Shown here piece by piece: positions 8,453 to 18,062 of a stretch of 64,000 bases of DNA. A program made the position numbers and the translations under genes. The DNA is from an uncultured Bacilli bacterium (GTDB lineage: Bacteria; Bacillota_I; Bacilli_A; RF39; UBA660), in the NCBI GenBank assembly GCA_944358525.1, contig CALVRI010000003.1, positions 4,283 to 68,282 of the forward strand. The letters are read 5' to 3'. Each line of letters starts with the position of its first letter. Position 1 is the stretch's first letter. The notes beneath the pieces were generated by a model, which made no database searches, was not told the origin of the DNA, and saw only the letters and a program-made list of their open reading frames with translations.

Positions 8453-9394
8453 ATGGCTTATTATTCTTCTGAATTAACAAACAAAGTAAAACAAATTGAT
8501 TTACTAACATATTTAAAAAATTTTGAACCAGAAGAATTAGTAACTATTTGTAGAGGTAATTATTCTACTAAAACACATGACAGTTTGAAGATTTCCAATG
8601 GTATGTGGTATTGGTTTTCAAAAAATATTGGTGGTAAAAGTGCTTTAGATTATTTAATTAAAGTAAGGGGCTATTCCTTTTTAGAAGCTATGCAAATTTT
8701 ATTAGATAAGGTAAAAAGTAATAAAAATTATAAAGTATATAATAACGAAAACTCTGTTCCTAAAGTTTTTAGTTTACCAATTAAGGCTGAAAAAAATAAT
8801 AGAGCAATAGCATATTTATTAAAAAGAGGGATTGATTTGTCTATCATTGATGAGTGCATAAGACTTAATTTAATTTATCAAGATATTAATAAGAACGTTG
8901 TTTTTGTTGGTTATGATGAAAATAATAAAGTTAAGTATGCAATGTGTAGAGGAACTGGTAATATAAGATTTATGAAGGAAGTTAGTGGCAGTAGTAAAGA
9001 ATATTCATTCAGATTAGCTTTGAATGAAGAAAATACTGATGTACATTTGTTTGAAAGTGCGATTGATTTGTTATCATACGCAACATTATTAAAGATGAAG
9101 CATAAAGATTGGCATAATTATAATCTTTTGTCCTTTGGTGGAATATATATTCCGAATAATCTTGAATATAGCAGATTACCATTACCGTTGCTGAATTATT
9201 TAAAACACCATCCTAATGTTAAAAAAATAATCATGCATTTAGATAATGATGAAACAGGAAGATTAGCTTCTCAAGCTATATATAATGTTTTATCTAAAGG
9301 ATTTGAGGTCATTGATCAACCTGTTACGATTGGTAAAGATGTCAACGATTTTTTGTGTTATTTAAAAAAGAATTTAAAGAAAGATAGTAGGTAA
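8453..9394 (+). CDS. DUF3991/Toprim-domain protein (primase-like)
   Basis: The C-terminal Toprim signature has FESAIDLLSY (Glu) and HLDNDETG (DxD). The N-terminal part resembles zinc-finger-less primase-like proteins of ICEs. Confidence 0.7.
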   Translation: MAYYSSELTNKVKQIDLLTYLKNFEPEELVTICRGNYSTKTHDSLKISNGMWYWFSKNIGGKSALDYLIKVRGYSFLEAMQILLDKVKSNKNYKVYNNENSVPKVFSLPIKAEKNNRAIAYLLKRGIDLSIIDECIRLNLIYQDINKNVVFVGYDENNKVKYAMCRGTGNIRFMKEVSGSSKEYSFRLALNEENTDVHLFESAIDLLSYATLLKMKHKDWHNYNLLSFGGIYIPNNLEYSRLPLPLLNYLKHHPNVKKIIMHLDNDETGRLASQAIYNVLSKGFEVIDQPVTIGKDVNDFLCYLKKNLKKDSR

Positions 9395-9542
9395 TTTTCA
9401 GTATGTTTTAGGATTAAAGTCAGATATTTATGTCTGACTTTATGTCCTAGCAAGCACTGAATAATTACTCCCGTAATATTCTAAAAGCATAAATTCACAT
9501 TCTTTTCACATTTGTGTTATAATTGAGGTGTTGGTGAGAGAA

Positions 9543-10181
9543 ATGTTGGATAAACTTAAGAATAAGAAAATTATTTTTGTTTTAATTATTATATTTTTGA
9601 TTATTGCAGTCATTATTGTTGTTGCATTAGGATTAGATGTAAAAAATGAGTTTAAAGAAGAAACTAAATCAGAAAATCAAAGTACAAAAGAAGAAAAAAA
9701 AGAAACGAGCATTGATGCAACTAAAGAGTATTACTGCCCCGAAGGATTTACATTAAGTGGAACAGTATGTAATTCTACAATTGAAACAGTTGCTGTAAAA
9801 ACTTATGATTGTGATGAAGGCATACCTATTGTTACTACTGGTGAATGTTCTACTTATGTTGATGAATATATTGAGCCTATATGGTATTGTATGGGGACTT
9901 TACCATCTATGTCTGAGTTTCAAATTAGTAGCTATTGTAGTGAAAAGGGTTATCCTAGAAATTTACTTGGTTGTCCGACAGGCTATTATCCTAATTATCA
10001 AAACAATAAATGTTGGAGATTGGCTGAAAAGAGAGTGCCAGCTAAAGTAAATTATTTATGCCCAGATGATTATAAGGTTGATGGTGATAAATGTAAGAAA
10101 ACAACATCTGTTAATGCAAGTTATAGATTGAAATGTCCAGACGGTTATAATCGTTCTGGAACAAAGTGTATTAAAAAATAG
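9543..10181 (+). CDS. membrane-anchored, Cys-rich repeat protein
   Basis: N-terminal TM helix and a KE-rich linker, followed by five C-[PD]-x-G-[FYI]-x(3-7)-C units (CPEGFTLSGTVC, CDEGIPIVTTGEC, CPTGYYPNYQNNKC, CPDDYKVDGDKC, CPDGYNRSGTKC). The start codon is uncertain (track start 9528). Confidence 0.5.
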   Translation: MLDKLKNKKIIFVLIIIFLIIAVIIVVALGLDVKNEFKEETKSENQSTKEEKKETSIDATKEYYCPEGFTLSGTVCNSTIETVAVKTYDCDEGIPIVTTGECSTYVDEYIEPIWYCMGTLPSMSEFQISSYCSEKGYPRNLLGCPTGYYPNYQNNKCWRLAEKRVPAKVNYLCPDDYKVDGDKCKKTTSVNASYRLKCPDGYNRSGTKCIKK

Positions 10182-10205
10182 CATTTAATTAACAATGCTT
10201 TTTTT

Positions 10206-10559
10206 ATGTTTGAAATAGGAGATGATGAAGTGAGAAAAAGAAATATAAAAAAACAAGTATGGCTTAATAGAGAAGAAGCTAGTCAATTGAAAAAGAAATC
10301 AAAAAAAGTTGGCTTAAATGAAGCAACTTTAATTAGAAATTTAATTCTAGGTTTTGAGCCTAAAGAAAAGCCTGACGAAAGGTTCTATGAAGCAATTAAG
10401 GAATTAAGACATATTGGTAATAATTTAAATCAGATAGCAAAAAAAGCTAACTATTTAAATTATGTTGATAGTAGTAAGTATGGAGAAGAAGTTAATAAAT
10501 TAAATAGCTTTATTATAAGAATAAAGAAGGAATTTTTAATTGGGGAGAAATGTGATTAA
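10206..10559 (+). CDS. mobC: MobC-family relaxosome accessory protein
   Basis: RKR..KQVWLNREEASQLKKKSKKVGLNEATLIRNLI (RHH-like) and LRHIGNNLNQIAKKAN (MobC signature). The true start may be the in-frame GTG at 10230, after AGGAGA. Confidence 0.75.
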   Translation: MFEIGDDEVRKRNIKKQVWLNREEASQLKKKSKKVGLNEATLIRNLILGFEPKEKPDERFYEAIKELRHIGNNLNQIAKKANYLNYVDSSKYGEEVNKLNSFIIRIKKEFLIGEKCD

Positions 10560-10621
10560 GGGTAGACTGTGTGAAATTTACTTGATATAATGTTATTAAG
10601 TAGTAAGGAGTTGTTTTTACA

Positions 10622-11212
10622 ATGCTTTCAGAAAATGATTATAAAAAATATTTTCCTGTCTTTTTATATATGATGGGTGAGAGTAATGCAGTAGCACTTT
10701 ATTTTGCGACACCTGTTGTTTATGATTTTAAAATAACAAGAGGAGATTCAAAGATTACAAGACTGGCTAATTTAGTTGATAAAAATATTTCTCCACAAAT
10801 GATTTGCATTAAAATACTGCATAGATTGTCAATGATGTATGCTTATCAAATTTCATACATGGCAGAACATCATTTAGATTTTAATAATATTAAAATAGAT
10901 TCTACTAAAAAATATTCATTATTATTTTCAATTGGTACTGAAAATATTAATGTGGTTAATTATAAAGGATTTGGCTTTTTGTGTTCCAATACTAAAGCAT
11001 TTGCATGGGTTTTAGGAAATTCGGTTGATACGTTATTTAATTATGTTAGAACTTTAGCGACCACTGATAATAACTATGGTTATTTAAAAATAATTGTTGA
11101 TTTTTGGAATAGAAATAAATCTACAAATCCTGATCAAGCTGTTCTTGAATTTATAAAGAATAATGAGGATTTTTATAAAAATGAAATTGCAAATTCTAGC
11201 CAATTTATGTAA
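10622..11212 (+). CDS. hypothetical protein inserted between mobC and relaxase
   Basis: 196-aa ORF with an AAGGAG RBS. No motif recognised. Confidence 0.45.
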   Translation: MLSENDYKKYFPVFLYMMGESNAVALYFATPVVYDFKITRGDSKITRLANLVDKNISPQMICIKILHRLSMMYAYQISYMAEHHLDFNNIKIDSTKKYSLLFSIGTENINVVNYKGFGFLCSNTKAFAWVLGNSVDTLFNYVRTLATTDNNYGYLKIIVDFWNRNKSTNPDQAVLEFIKNNEDFYKNEIANSSQFM

Positions 11213-11249
11213 TAAGAATATAATTTAGTTTATTTAGATTATTAATATG

Positions 11250-11278
11250 TCAACAACAGATGTTGTTGATTTTTTTTG
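11250..11278 (+). terminator. rho-independent terminator
   Basis: caacaac-agat-gttgttg hairpin followed by a T8 run. It lies inside the tracked 5' extension of the relaxase ORF, which argues for the ATG at 11293. Confidence 0.55.
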
Positions 11279-11292
11279 TTAGAAGGTGGTAT

Positions 11293-12609
11293 ATGGCAAC
11301 AACAAAAATATGGGATATTAATGTTAGACTAGATCATGTTATCGATTATATTACTGATTTGGAAAAGACAAAAAATTTAGATTATGGTGACGAATTTTCT
11401 ATATTTCATAATAATGAATCTTTAGATATAAAGACCGAAAAAGAATGTTTTGTGTCTGCCATTAATTGTTCTGTTGATATAGCTTATGAAGAAATGATGA
11501 TTACTAAAAAAACTTATAATAAAACGGGTGGTATTTTAGGTTTTCATGCATATCAGTCATTTGGTGAGAACGAGGTTACTCCAGAAATTGCTCATCAAAT
11601 AGGTGTTCAATTAGCAAGTGAGATGTGGGGAAACCGGTTTGAGGTAGTTGTTAGCACTCATCAAAATACAAAGCATATTCACAATCATTTCGTTATTAAT
11701 TCTGTATCTTTTAAAGATGGAAAGAAATATTATGATAACCATATTAATTATGCTAGAATGAGAAGGCTATCAGATGATTTGTGTGCTGAATATGGACTTA
11801 GTGTAATATCTGAAAAGGAAACTAAAGGTGGATTGTTTTACAATAATTTTTATAATAATTATATTGAACATTCTGATTATTATGAAAAAATTAGAGAAGA
11901 TATTGATTTTGCAATTTTAAAATCTTATTCATACAATAATTTTTTAACTGTTTTAGAATCTATGGGCTATAAAGTAATTATTAAAAATAATATTTTAAGT
12001 TTAACTAAAGAACCTCATAAATTAAGGGTACGAATTTCTCGGACTTTTGGAAAACGTTATAATAAACGTAATATAATTAAGAGAATAGAAGGAGGTTATG
12101 TCAAAGAAAATAGCAATAACTTTTTTGCTGTTTTTTTTAAAAACAAAAATTACAAAAATAGTATTTATAAACTTTTTAAGAGCTATTGTGATTTACTTGA
12201 AAATTATTCTAAAAACAAGCATAAGCAATATTTTTATTCCTCTATTAGAAAAGATATTAAGGAGCTTGATTATTTTATTGAACAAACTACTTTTTTATCT
12301 AAAAATAACGTTTCAACGGATAAAGATTTAAATAATTTAAAATTGTCTATTGAAAGTCAATTGGATAAGTTGTTAGATAAGTTAGATAAAATTAATTATA
12401 AAAAATCTAAATTATCTAATGAATCAGATTTAAAAGAAATTGAAGGCAATAGATGTGAACTAGTAAATAAAATTAAAAAGGTACGATATAATTTAAGGTT
12501 AATTAATGAAATTGAAAAGCGTAAACCTACAATAGAAAATAAAATAAATTCTTTAGAGAAAGAATATAGAAAGGAAGTAGATAAGGATGAACTCAGGAGA
12601 GGCGGCTGA
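11293..12609 (+). CDS. MOBP-type relaxase/mobilisation nuclease
   Basis: MATTKIWDINVRLDHVIDYI..., GFHAYQSF, and the His-triad region THQNTKHIHNHFVINSVSF. Coiled-coil C-terminus. Confidence 0.9.
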   Translation: MATTKIWDINVRLDHVIDYITDLEKTKNLDYGDEFSIFHNNESLDIKTEKECFVSAINCSVDIAYEEMMITKKTYNKTGGILGFHAYQSFGENEVTPEIAHQIGVQLASEMWGNRFEVVVSTHQNTKHIHNHFVINSVSFKDGKKYYDNHINYARMRRLSDDLCAEYGLSVISEKETKGGLFYNNFYNNYIEHSDYYEKIREDIDFAILKSYSYNNFLTVLESMGYKVIIKNNILSLTKEPHKLRVRISRTFGKRYNKRNIIKRIEGGYVKENSNNFFAVFFKNKNYKNSIYKLFKSYCDLLENYSKNKHKQYFYSSIRKDIKELDYFIEQTTFLSKNNVSTDKDLNNLKLSIESQLDKLLDKLDKINYKKSKLSNESDLKEIEGNRCELVNKIKKVRYNLRLINEIEKRKPTIENKINSLEKEYRKEVDKDELRRGG

Positions 12610-13351
12610 ATCTATTGTTAGAATGAGCTTGCAAGGTACGGAAGTAGCTTTAAAAATTACTGGAGAAGCTGCAAAGAATATAGCAGCTTTAATGTATGCT
12701 ATTTATCGTGGACGTAAGCAAACTAAGGGAAAAACAAAACTTGAGAAGATGTTAAAGTCTGGTGAGCCTTTAAAAATCTTTTCTGTTAGAAAAGACGAAT
12801 TGAAATTTTTTCGCAAAGTAGCTAAACGTTATGGTGTTTTGTATGCTTTATTAATAGATAAACATAATTTAGACAGTGATGGAATGGTTGATATAGTAGT
12901 GCCAGCTTCGGCCGCTGCAAGATTTAATAGACTTATAAATAGGTATAAATTTTCAACCGTAAAAGAAGAAAGTAATATAGAACATGATGAAGGTAGTCCA
13001 TATAAAAAGAACCGAAGAAAAAAGAAAAATGAAAAATCTAAAGATGATAAAATTGTGGATGATATATTGTCAAAGCCGGTAAAAAATAAAAAATCAAAAG
13101 AAAAAGAATTTACTGATGAACAGATTATTGAAGATTTATTTTCTGAAGATAATGGTAAGAATAACTCAAAAAAAAACGTTCAGTCAAAGGATTTCTTGAA
13201 GAACAACAAAAACTTAGAAATTGGTACTGAAAAACCTTCGGTAATGGAAAATTTAAAGAATATAAAAAATGAGATGAATGTTAAAAATAATGTTGCTTTA
13301 GAAAAAGAAAATGACAGTATTAAGAAAGAGGGTAAAGATAATGTCAGATAA
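12587..13351 (+). CDS. PcfB/DUF3801-like protein
   Basis: The N-terminus AESIVRMSLQGTEVALKITGEAAKNIAALMYAI...LKIFSVRKDELKFFRKVAKRYGVLYA matches the PcfB family as I recall it. The C-terminus is Lys-rich and low-complexity. Confidence 0.6.
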   Translation: MNSGEAAESIVRMSLQGTEVALKITGEAAKNIAALMYAIYRGRKQTKGKTKLEKMLKSGEPLKIFSVRKDELKFFRKVAKRYGVLYALLIDKHNLDSDGMVDIVVPASAAARFNRLINRYKFSTVKEESNIEHDEGSPYKKNRRKKKNEKSKDDKIVDDILSKPVKNKKSKEKEFTDEQIIEDLFSEDNGKNNSKKNVQSKDFLKNNKNLEIGTEKPSVMENLKNIKNEMNVKNNVALEKENDSIKKEGKDNVR

Positions 13352-14123
13352 TGGTAATAGTGAATTATATAAATTAATAAAAGATACAATTATTAATTTG
13401 CAGAATAATACTATACCTTTTGAAAAATATCTAAATGTTCAGTCAAAATTTTATAAGTATTCTGTTGCTAATACGATTTTGATTTTAGCTCAAAATTCTA
13501 ATGTTAATGTTTTGAAGGATGAACTATCTTGGAAAAGAGAAAGTGTAAGAATATCTAAAATGGCAAAACCCATTAATATTTTAGAACCATTTTTGGATGT
13601 AAATGGTGATGTTATGGGATATAACTGTAAGAAGATGTATGATATTTCTGATACTAATGCAAAAAATAGAAAGAAAAAATATAATGAGAGAACTATTTTA
13701 AAAGCATTTTTGCATAATAATATTGCTGAAATAAAAGCAGTTGATGAATTTGAGAATTTAAACATTAATGCAAAGCATGAAATAATAGAAGATAATAAAA
13801 ATTTAATCTATTTAAAGCGAGGACTTAGTTTTAATGATATTTTTATTGCATTATCTCGTGAGCTTGCTGATATTGAACTTAATCATAGTTTTGACAAAGA
13901 AATGTATGACTTTAAGAAAGAAGTAACAGCATATTTAGTTTGTAAGAGTCATGATATAGATATAAATAACTTTAATATAGAAGTTCCCACTTCTTTTAGT
14001 AATATATCAAATGTTAAGGCTAGAAAAGAATTAAGTGAAATTAGAAATGCAGTTGCTAAAATAAACGAAGGAATTGATGATTATTTAAGGAGTATTGATA
14101 AAGCTAAAAATTATGTTAGGTAA
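13341..14123 (+). CDS. ArdC N-terminal-like ssDNA-binding domain protein
   Basis: YSVANTILILAQ...LSWKRESVRISKMAKPINILEP resembles the ArdC-N fold motif (Y.G.N..LL ... G..VkKGeK.i.I). No clear HExxH protease motif. Confidence 0.4.
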   Translation: MSDNGNSELYKLIKDTIINLQNNTIPFEKYLNVQSKFYKYSVANTILILAQNSNVNVLKDELSWKRESVRISKMAKPINILEPFLDVNGDVMGYNCKKMYDISDTNAKNRKKKYNERTILKAFLHNNIAEIKAVDEFENLNINAKHEIIEDNKNLIYLKRGLSFNDIFIALSRELADIELNHSFDKEMYDFKKEVTAYLVCKSHDIDINNFNIEVPTSFSNISNVKARKELSEIRNAVAKINEGIDDYLRSIDKAKNYVR

Positions 14124-14129
14124 TTTATA

Positions 14130-15974
14130 GTGAATGATAATACAAGATTTAATTTAGTATTGTTTTTTATTGGATTAATATTTGTAATATGGATTGCTTT
14201 ATTAATAGCTCCTGTCTGTAATCAAGGATTAATTAAGATTATTAGTGAATTTTCTAGGCTTTTGGAAAATCCTTTTGAAATTGTATGGTGTGATAATAGT
14301 ATTAAGATTATTTCCTTATTTTTAATTTTATATGCTTTTATAATTGTTTATTTTGTATATTCAAAAAAGAACTATCGCCATAGAATTGAATATGGTTCTG
14401 CAAAATGGGGCAAAATAGAAAATTTAAGAAAGAAATATATGCAGCACCCTTTTTCAAATAATAAAATATTGACTCAAAATACAAGTGTTGGATTAAATGC
14501 CAAGAAGCACATGAGAAATCTAAACACTTTAGTTATAGGTGGTAGTGGTGCTGGTAAGACAAGGTTTTATTGTAAGCCTAATATCATGCAGTGTAATTGC
14601 TCTTATGTAATTTTAGATCCAAAGGGGGAAATATTAAGAGATACAGGTAATTTATTAGAAAAATTTGGTTATGACATAAAAGTTTTAGACATAATTAATA
14701 TGGATAAAAGTGATGGCTATAATCCGTTTGTATATTTAAGAGATGATAATGATGTTCAAAAATTAGTAACAAATCTTTTTAAAGCAACAACACCAAAAAC
14801 TTCTTCGACTAATGATCCGTTTTGGGATACTGCTGCAAGTATGCTTTTATCTGCGTTAATTTTTTATTTAAAATATGAAGCACCAGAAGAGGAGCAAAAT
14901 TTTAGTATGGTACTTGAAATGCTTAGATATGGAGAAGTAAAAGAGGACGATGATATGTATATGAGTCCACTTGATGTTTTATTTGAAAAATTAGAAGAAA
15001 AAAATCCAAATCATATAGCAGTTAAATATTATAAAAATTATCGTTCTGGTTCTGGCAAAACGTTAAAATCTATTCAAATTACTTTAGTAAGTAGATTGGA
15101 AAAGTTCAATTTGGATAGCTTGGCTTCGCTAACTATGGTTGATGAACTTAATTTATCAGATCTTGGAAAGAAAAAAGTAGCTTTATTTGCTCTTATTCCC
15201 GATAATGATACTTCTTTTAATTTTTTGGTTAGTATTTTATATACACAGCTGTTTCAACAGCTTTTTTTCTTGGCTGATAATGAATATGGTGGTAGTTTAC
15301 CTATACCTGTTCATTTTGTGATGGATGAATTTGCCAATGTATCATTACCAGATGATTTTGATAAAATTTTGTCTGTTATGCGTTCGAGAGGTGTTTTTGT
15401 TAGTATTATTTTACAAAATCTGGCTCAATTAAAAGCATTGTTTGAAAAACAATGGGAAAGTATAGTTGGAAATTGCGATGAATTTTTGTATTTAGGCGGT
15501 AATGAACAATCTACTCATAAATATGCTTCAGAACTTCTCGGCAAAGAAACAATAGATACAAATACTTATGGAAAATCTAGTGGTAGAAACGGTAATTATT
15601 CTACTAATTATCAAATTAGTGGTAGAGAGTTATTAATGCCTGATGAAGTCCGAATGTTAGATAATAGGTATGCCATTCTTTTTATGAGGGGTGAAAGACC
15701 TGTTAAAGATTTAAAATATGATATATTGAAACATCCGAATGTTAAATATTCTGCCGATGGAAACGGGAAAATATATGTTCACGGAAAAACTGATTTAGCC
15801 ATAGCTTCTATAACTATGGCTTTTGATGATGTTATAGAAGATAATAACCAAATTGATATGGTAGATGAAGATAATTATATGATAATTTTTTCAGATGATA
15901 TTGATGATTTTTTAAATACAAGGAGGGTTGGTGAAAAAAATGAAAAAGAAAAAAATTCCAAAAAAAGTATATAA
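14130..15974 (+). CDS. VirD4/TraG-like type IV coupling protein
   Basis: Two N-terminal TM helices, Walker A LVIGGSGAGKT and Walker B-like VHFVMDEFAN. GTG start. Confidence 0.85.
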   Translation: MNDNTRFNLVLFFIGLIFVIWIALLIAPVCNQGLIKIISEFSRLLENPFEIVWCDNSIKIISLFLILYAFIIVYFVYSKKNYRHRIEYGSAKWGKIENLRKKYMQHPFSNNKILTQNTSVGLNAKKHMRNLNTLVIGGSGAGKTRFYCKPNIMQCNCSYVILDPKGEILRDTGNLLEKFGYDIKVLDIINMDKSDGYNPFVYLRDDNDVQKLVTNLFKATTPKTSSTNDPFWDTAASMLLSALIFYLKYEAPEEEQNFSMVLEMLRYGEVKEDDDMYMSPLDVLFEKLEEKNPNHIAVKYYKNYRSGSGKTLKSIQITLVSRLEKFNLDSLASLTMVDELNLSDLGKKKVALFALIPDNDTSFNFLVSILYTQLFQQLFFLADNEYGGSLPIPVHFVMDEFANVSLPDDFDKILSVMRSRGVFVSIILQNLAQLKALFEKQWESIVGNCDEFLYLGGNEQSTHKYASELLGKETIDTNTYGKSSGRNGNYSTNYQISGRELLMPDEVRMLDNRYAILFMRGERPVKDLKYDILKHPNVKYSADGNGKIYVHGKTDLAIASITMAFDDVIEDNNQIDMVDEDNYMIIFSDDIDDFLNTRRVGEKNEKEKNSKKSI

Positions 15975-16245
15975 TCTTTTCTTATTTTTTATTTCATTAA
16001 TGTTTTTTAGTAATAATTATGTTTATGCAGCTGATGATCCGCTTGTAGTAATAAATAATTTGACGGATTTGATTTATAATGTAGTGAAGGCAATTGGAAC
16101 TATATTTATTTGTTTTGGTATAGTTCAGTTTGGAACTAGTTTTAGATCTCATGATCCATCTCAAAAAATTGAGGGTGTGATGTCTATTGTTGGAGGACTA
16201 TTGATGTTTTTTGCAAAACCAATTATTAATTCTCTTGTAGGTTAA
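15928..16245 (+). CDS. Maff2-family small membrane protein (pilin-like T4SS component)
   Basis: Signal/TM segment, AADDPL, then two hydrophobic helices. This is typical of Maff2 proteins that follow the coupling protein in Tn1549-like elements. The start codon is ambiguous (TTG 15928, GTG 15931 or ATG 15940). Confidence 0.55.
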   Translation: MVKKMKKKKIPKKVYNLFLFFISLMFFSNNYVYAADDPLVVINNLTDLIYNVVKAIGTIFICFGIVQFGTSFRSHDPSQKIEGVMSIVGGLLMFFAKPIINSLVG

Positions 16246-16256
16246 TAATCGATTAA

Positions 16257-17093
16257 ATGTCTGATAACTGGATTGTACAAAATCTCCAAAATGGGCTTGA
16301 CACATGGAACGATAATTTAACTACTATTTGGAAATTAATTACGCAATCTCCACAAACTTTTAAAGGTGGGGGAATTTGGAAGGTTATCAATAATATTCAC
16401 ACATCTATGCAAGGAATAGGCTATGGACTTCTAGTTTTGTTTTTCTTTGTAGGAATTATTAAAACTTGTAATTCTTTTTCTGAGGTTAAACGTCCAGAAC
16501 AGTTATTTAGACATTTTATAAGATTTGCTATTTCAAAAGCTGTTGTAACTTATGGATTAAAGTTAATGATGGCAATTTTTAATATTGTTCAAGGTATTAT
16601 TGATAAAATTATGACAACATCAGGAGTTTTATTTAACAGTAAAACTTCTTTACCTAAAGCATTAATTTCTACTATTGAAGATATGGGATTCTTTGAATCT
16701 ATACCTTTGTGGGCTGTGACTTTAATTGCTGGATTAGTAATTTTAGTATTATCTTTTATTATGATTTTAACTGTGTATTCAAGGTTCTTTAAATTATATA
16801 TTTATACTGCTATTGCTCCTGTACCTTTGTCATGCTTTGCTGGTGAACCTACTCAAAGTATTGGGCAAAATTTTTTAAAGAGTTATTCTGCTGTGTGTTT
16901 GGAAGGTGCAATTATAGTTTTAGCTTGTATTATTTTCTCTTTATTTGCTTCAGCACCACCAGCAGTAGATACTTCTGCTGCAGCTGTAACGCAAGTATGG
17001 AGTTATGTTGGTGAACTTATTTTTAATATGCTTATTTTAGTTGGTACTGTAAAACTTTCTGACAGAATTGTAAAAGAAATGATGGGATTATAA
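16257..17093 (+). CDS. VirB6-like polytopic membrane protein (CD0415/CD1112-type)
   Basis: 278 aa with about 6 hydrophobic helices, in the position of the VirB6 analogue of Gram-positive T4SS. Confidence 0.6.
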   Translation: MSDNWIVQNLQNGLDTWNDNLTTIWKLITQSPQTFKGGGIWKVINNIHTSMQGIGYGLLVLFFFVGIIKTCNSFSEVKRPEQLFRHFIRFAISKAVVTYGLKLMMAIFNIVQGIIDKIMTTSGVLFNSKTSLPKALISTIEDMGFFESIPLWAVTLIAGLVILVLSFIMILTVYSRFFKLYIYTAIAPVPLSCFAGEPTQSIGQNFLKSYSAVCLEGAIIVLACIIFSLFASAPPAVDTSAAAVTQVWSYVGELIFNMLILVGTVKLSDRIVKEMMGL

Positions 17094-17110
17094 AAAGAAA
17101 GGAGTGTTTT

Positions 17111-17395
17111 ATGAAATTTTATATTGTTGATTATTTACCTTTTGAGGAAAGAAAAAAATATGAAAAATCAGGATTATATTGTTATGATTTGCGTAGTAGT
17201 GATGATGGTAGTGAAATTGCTAACATTGAAAAAAGGGTTATTGTGAATAATGTAGGTTCTATTATCACTAATAAAAAGATTAATTTTAATTGTAAAAATT
17301 ATGTTGATTTCGATACGTTTGTTTCTTCAAATAATGAAGTTTTTAATTTAAAAGATTTATTAAAAAATAAGAATATGGAGAGAAATATGAGGTGA
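17111..17395 (+). CDS. hypothetical protein
   Basis: 94-aa ORF with an AAGGAG RBS. Confidence 0.4.
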   Translation: MKFYIVDYLPFEERKKYEKSGLYCYDLRSSDDGSEIANIEKRVIVNNVGSIITNKKINFNCKNYVDFDTFVSSNNEVFNLKDLLKNKNMERNMR

Positions 17396-17646
17396 TAAAT
17401 ATGCAAAAAGATTATGAAAAATTTAAAATTAATAAAATTATTACAGATGATGGAGTTATTAGATTAAAGAAACCAGTGAAAGTAAGTTTTCAAATAAAGA
17501 AAAATGTTGATGAAGTTTTTAAAAATGCGATTAATAGAGGTATGAAAACCCGGATTCTTGGATGTATATGTATTCAGAAAGAGGAAAAGATTATTTTAAA
17601 CACCGTGATACTAGATGTTATAAAGCATATCCACAATTTGGAATGA
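17392..17646 (+). CDS. hypothetical protein
   Basis: 84-aa ORF with a 4-nt overlap on the upstream gene. Confidence 0.35.
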   Translation: MINMQKDYEKFKINKIITDDGVIRLKKPVKVSFQIKKNVDEVFKNAINRGMKTRILGCICIQKEEKIILNTVILDVIKHIHNLE

Positions 17647-17690
17647 TGGAAGCAATAAAAAAGAAAATACAGCGAGAAAGGTAATTAGCA

Positions 17691-18062
17691 TTGGAAGTTA
17701 AAATTAATAAAGAAATTAGATCTTTTAAAGAGCAAATATATTTTGGACTATCTTTAAGACAGTTCATCTGTTCTTTTTTTGCTTGTGCTACATCAGTTTT
17801 ACTATATTTTTATTTTAATAATTTAGTAGGTTCAGAAACTGGTTCATGGATATGTATGTTAGGGGCTTTTCCTTTTGCTTTTCTTGGATTTTTTAATTAC
17901 AATGGTATGCCAGCTGAAAGATTTATATTGGCTTGGGTTAGATCAAATATTCTAATTTCAAAGAGATTGGTATTTAAACCTTATAATTTTTATAATGAAT
18001 TATTGATACGAAAGGAGATTGATGATGAGATTATTCAAAAGAATAAAAGATGTAAATCGTGA
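17691..18062 (+). CDS. PrgI-family protein (VirB3-like)
   Basis: INKEIRSFKEQIYFGLSLRQFICS followed by two TM helices, immediately upstream of and overlapping the VirB4-like ATPase. TTG start. Confidence 0.65.
   Translation: MEVKINKEIRSFKEQIYFGLSLRQFICSFFACATSVLLYFYFNNLVGSETGSWICMLGAFPFAFLGFFNYNGMPAERFILAWVRSNILISKRLVFKPYNFYNELLIRKEIDDEIIQKNKRCKS

Noticed and set aside
9416-9441. The hairpin as a simple intrinsic terminator of the Toprim gene.
   Set aside because: The stem is not followed by a U-tract, only TTTA. It is kept as a low-confidence oriT or structural candidate rather than annotated as a terminator.
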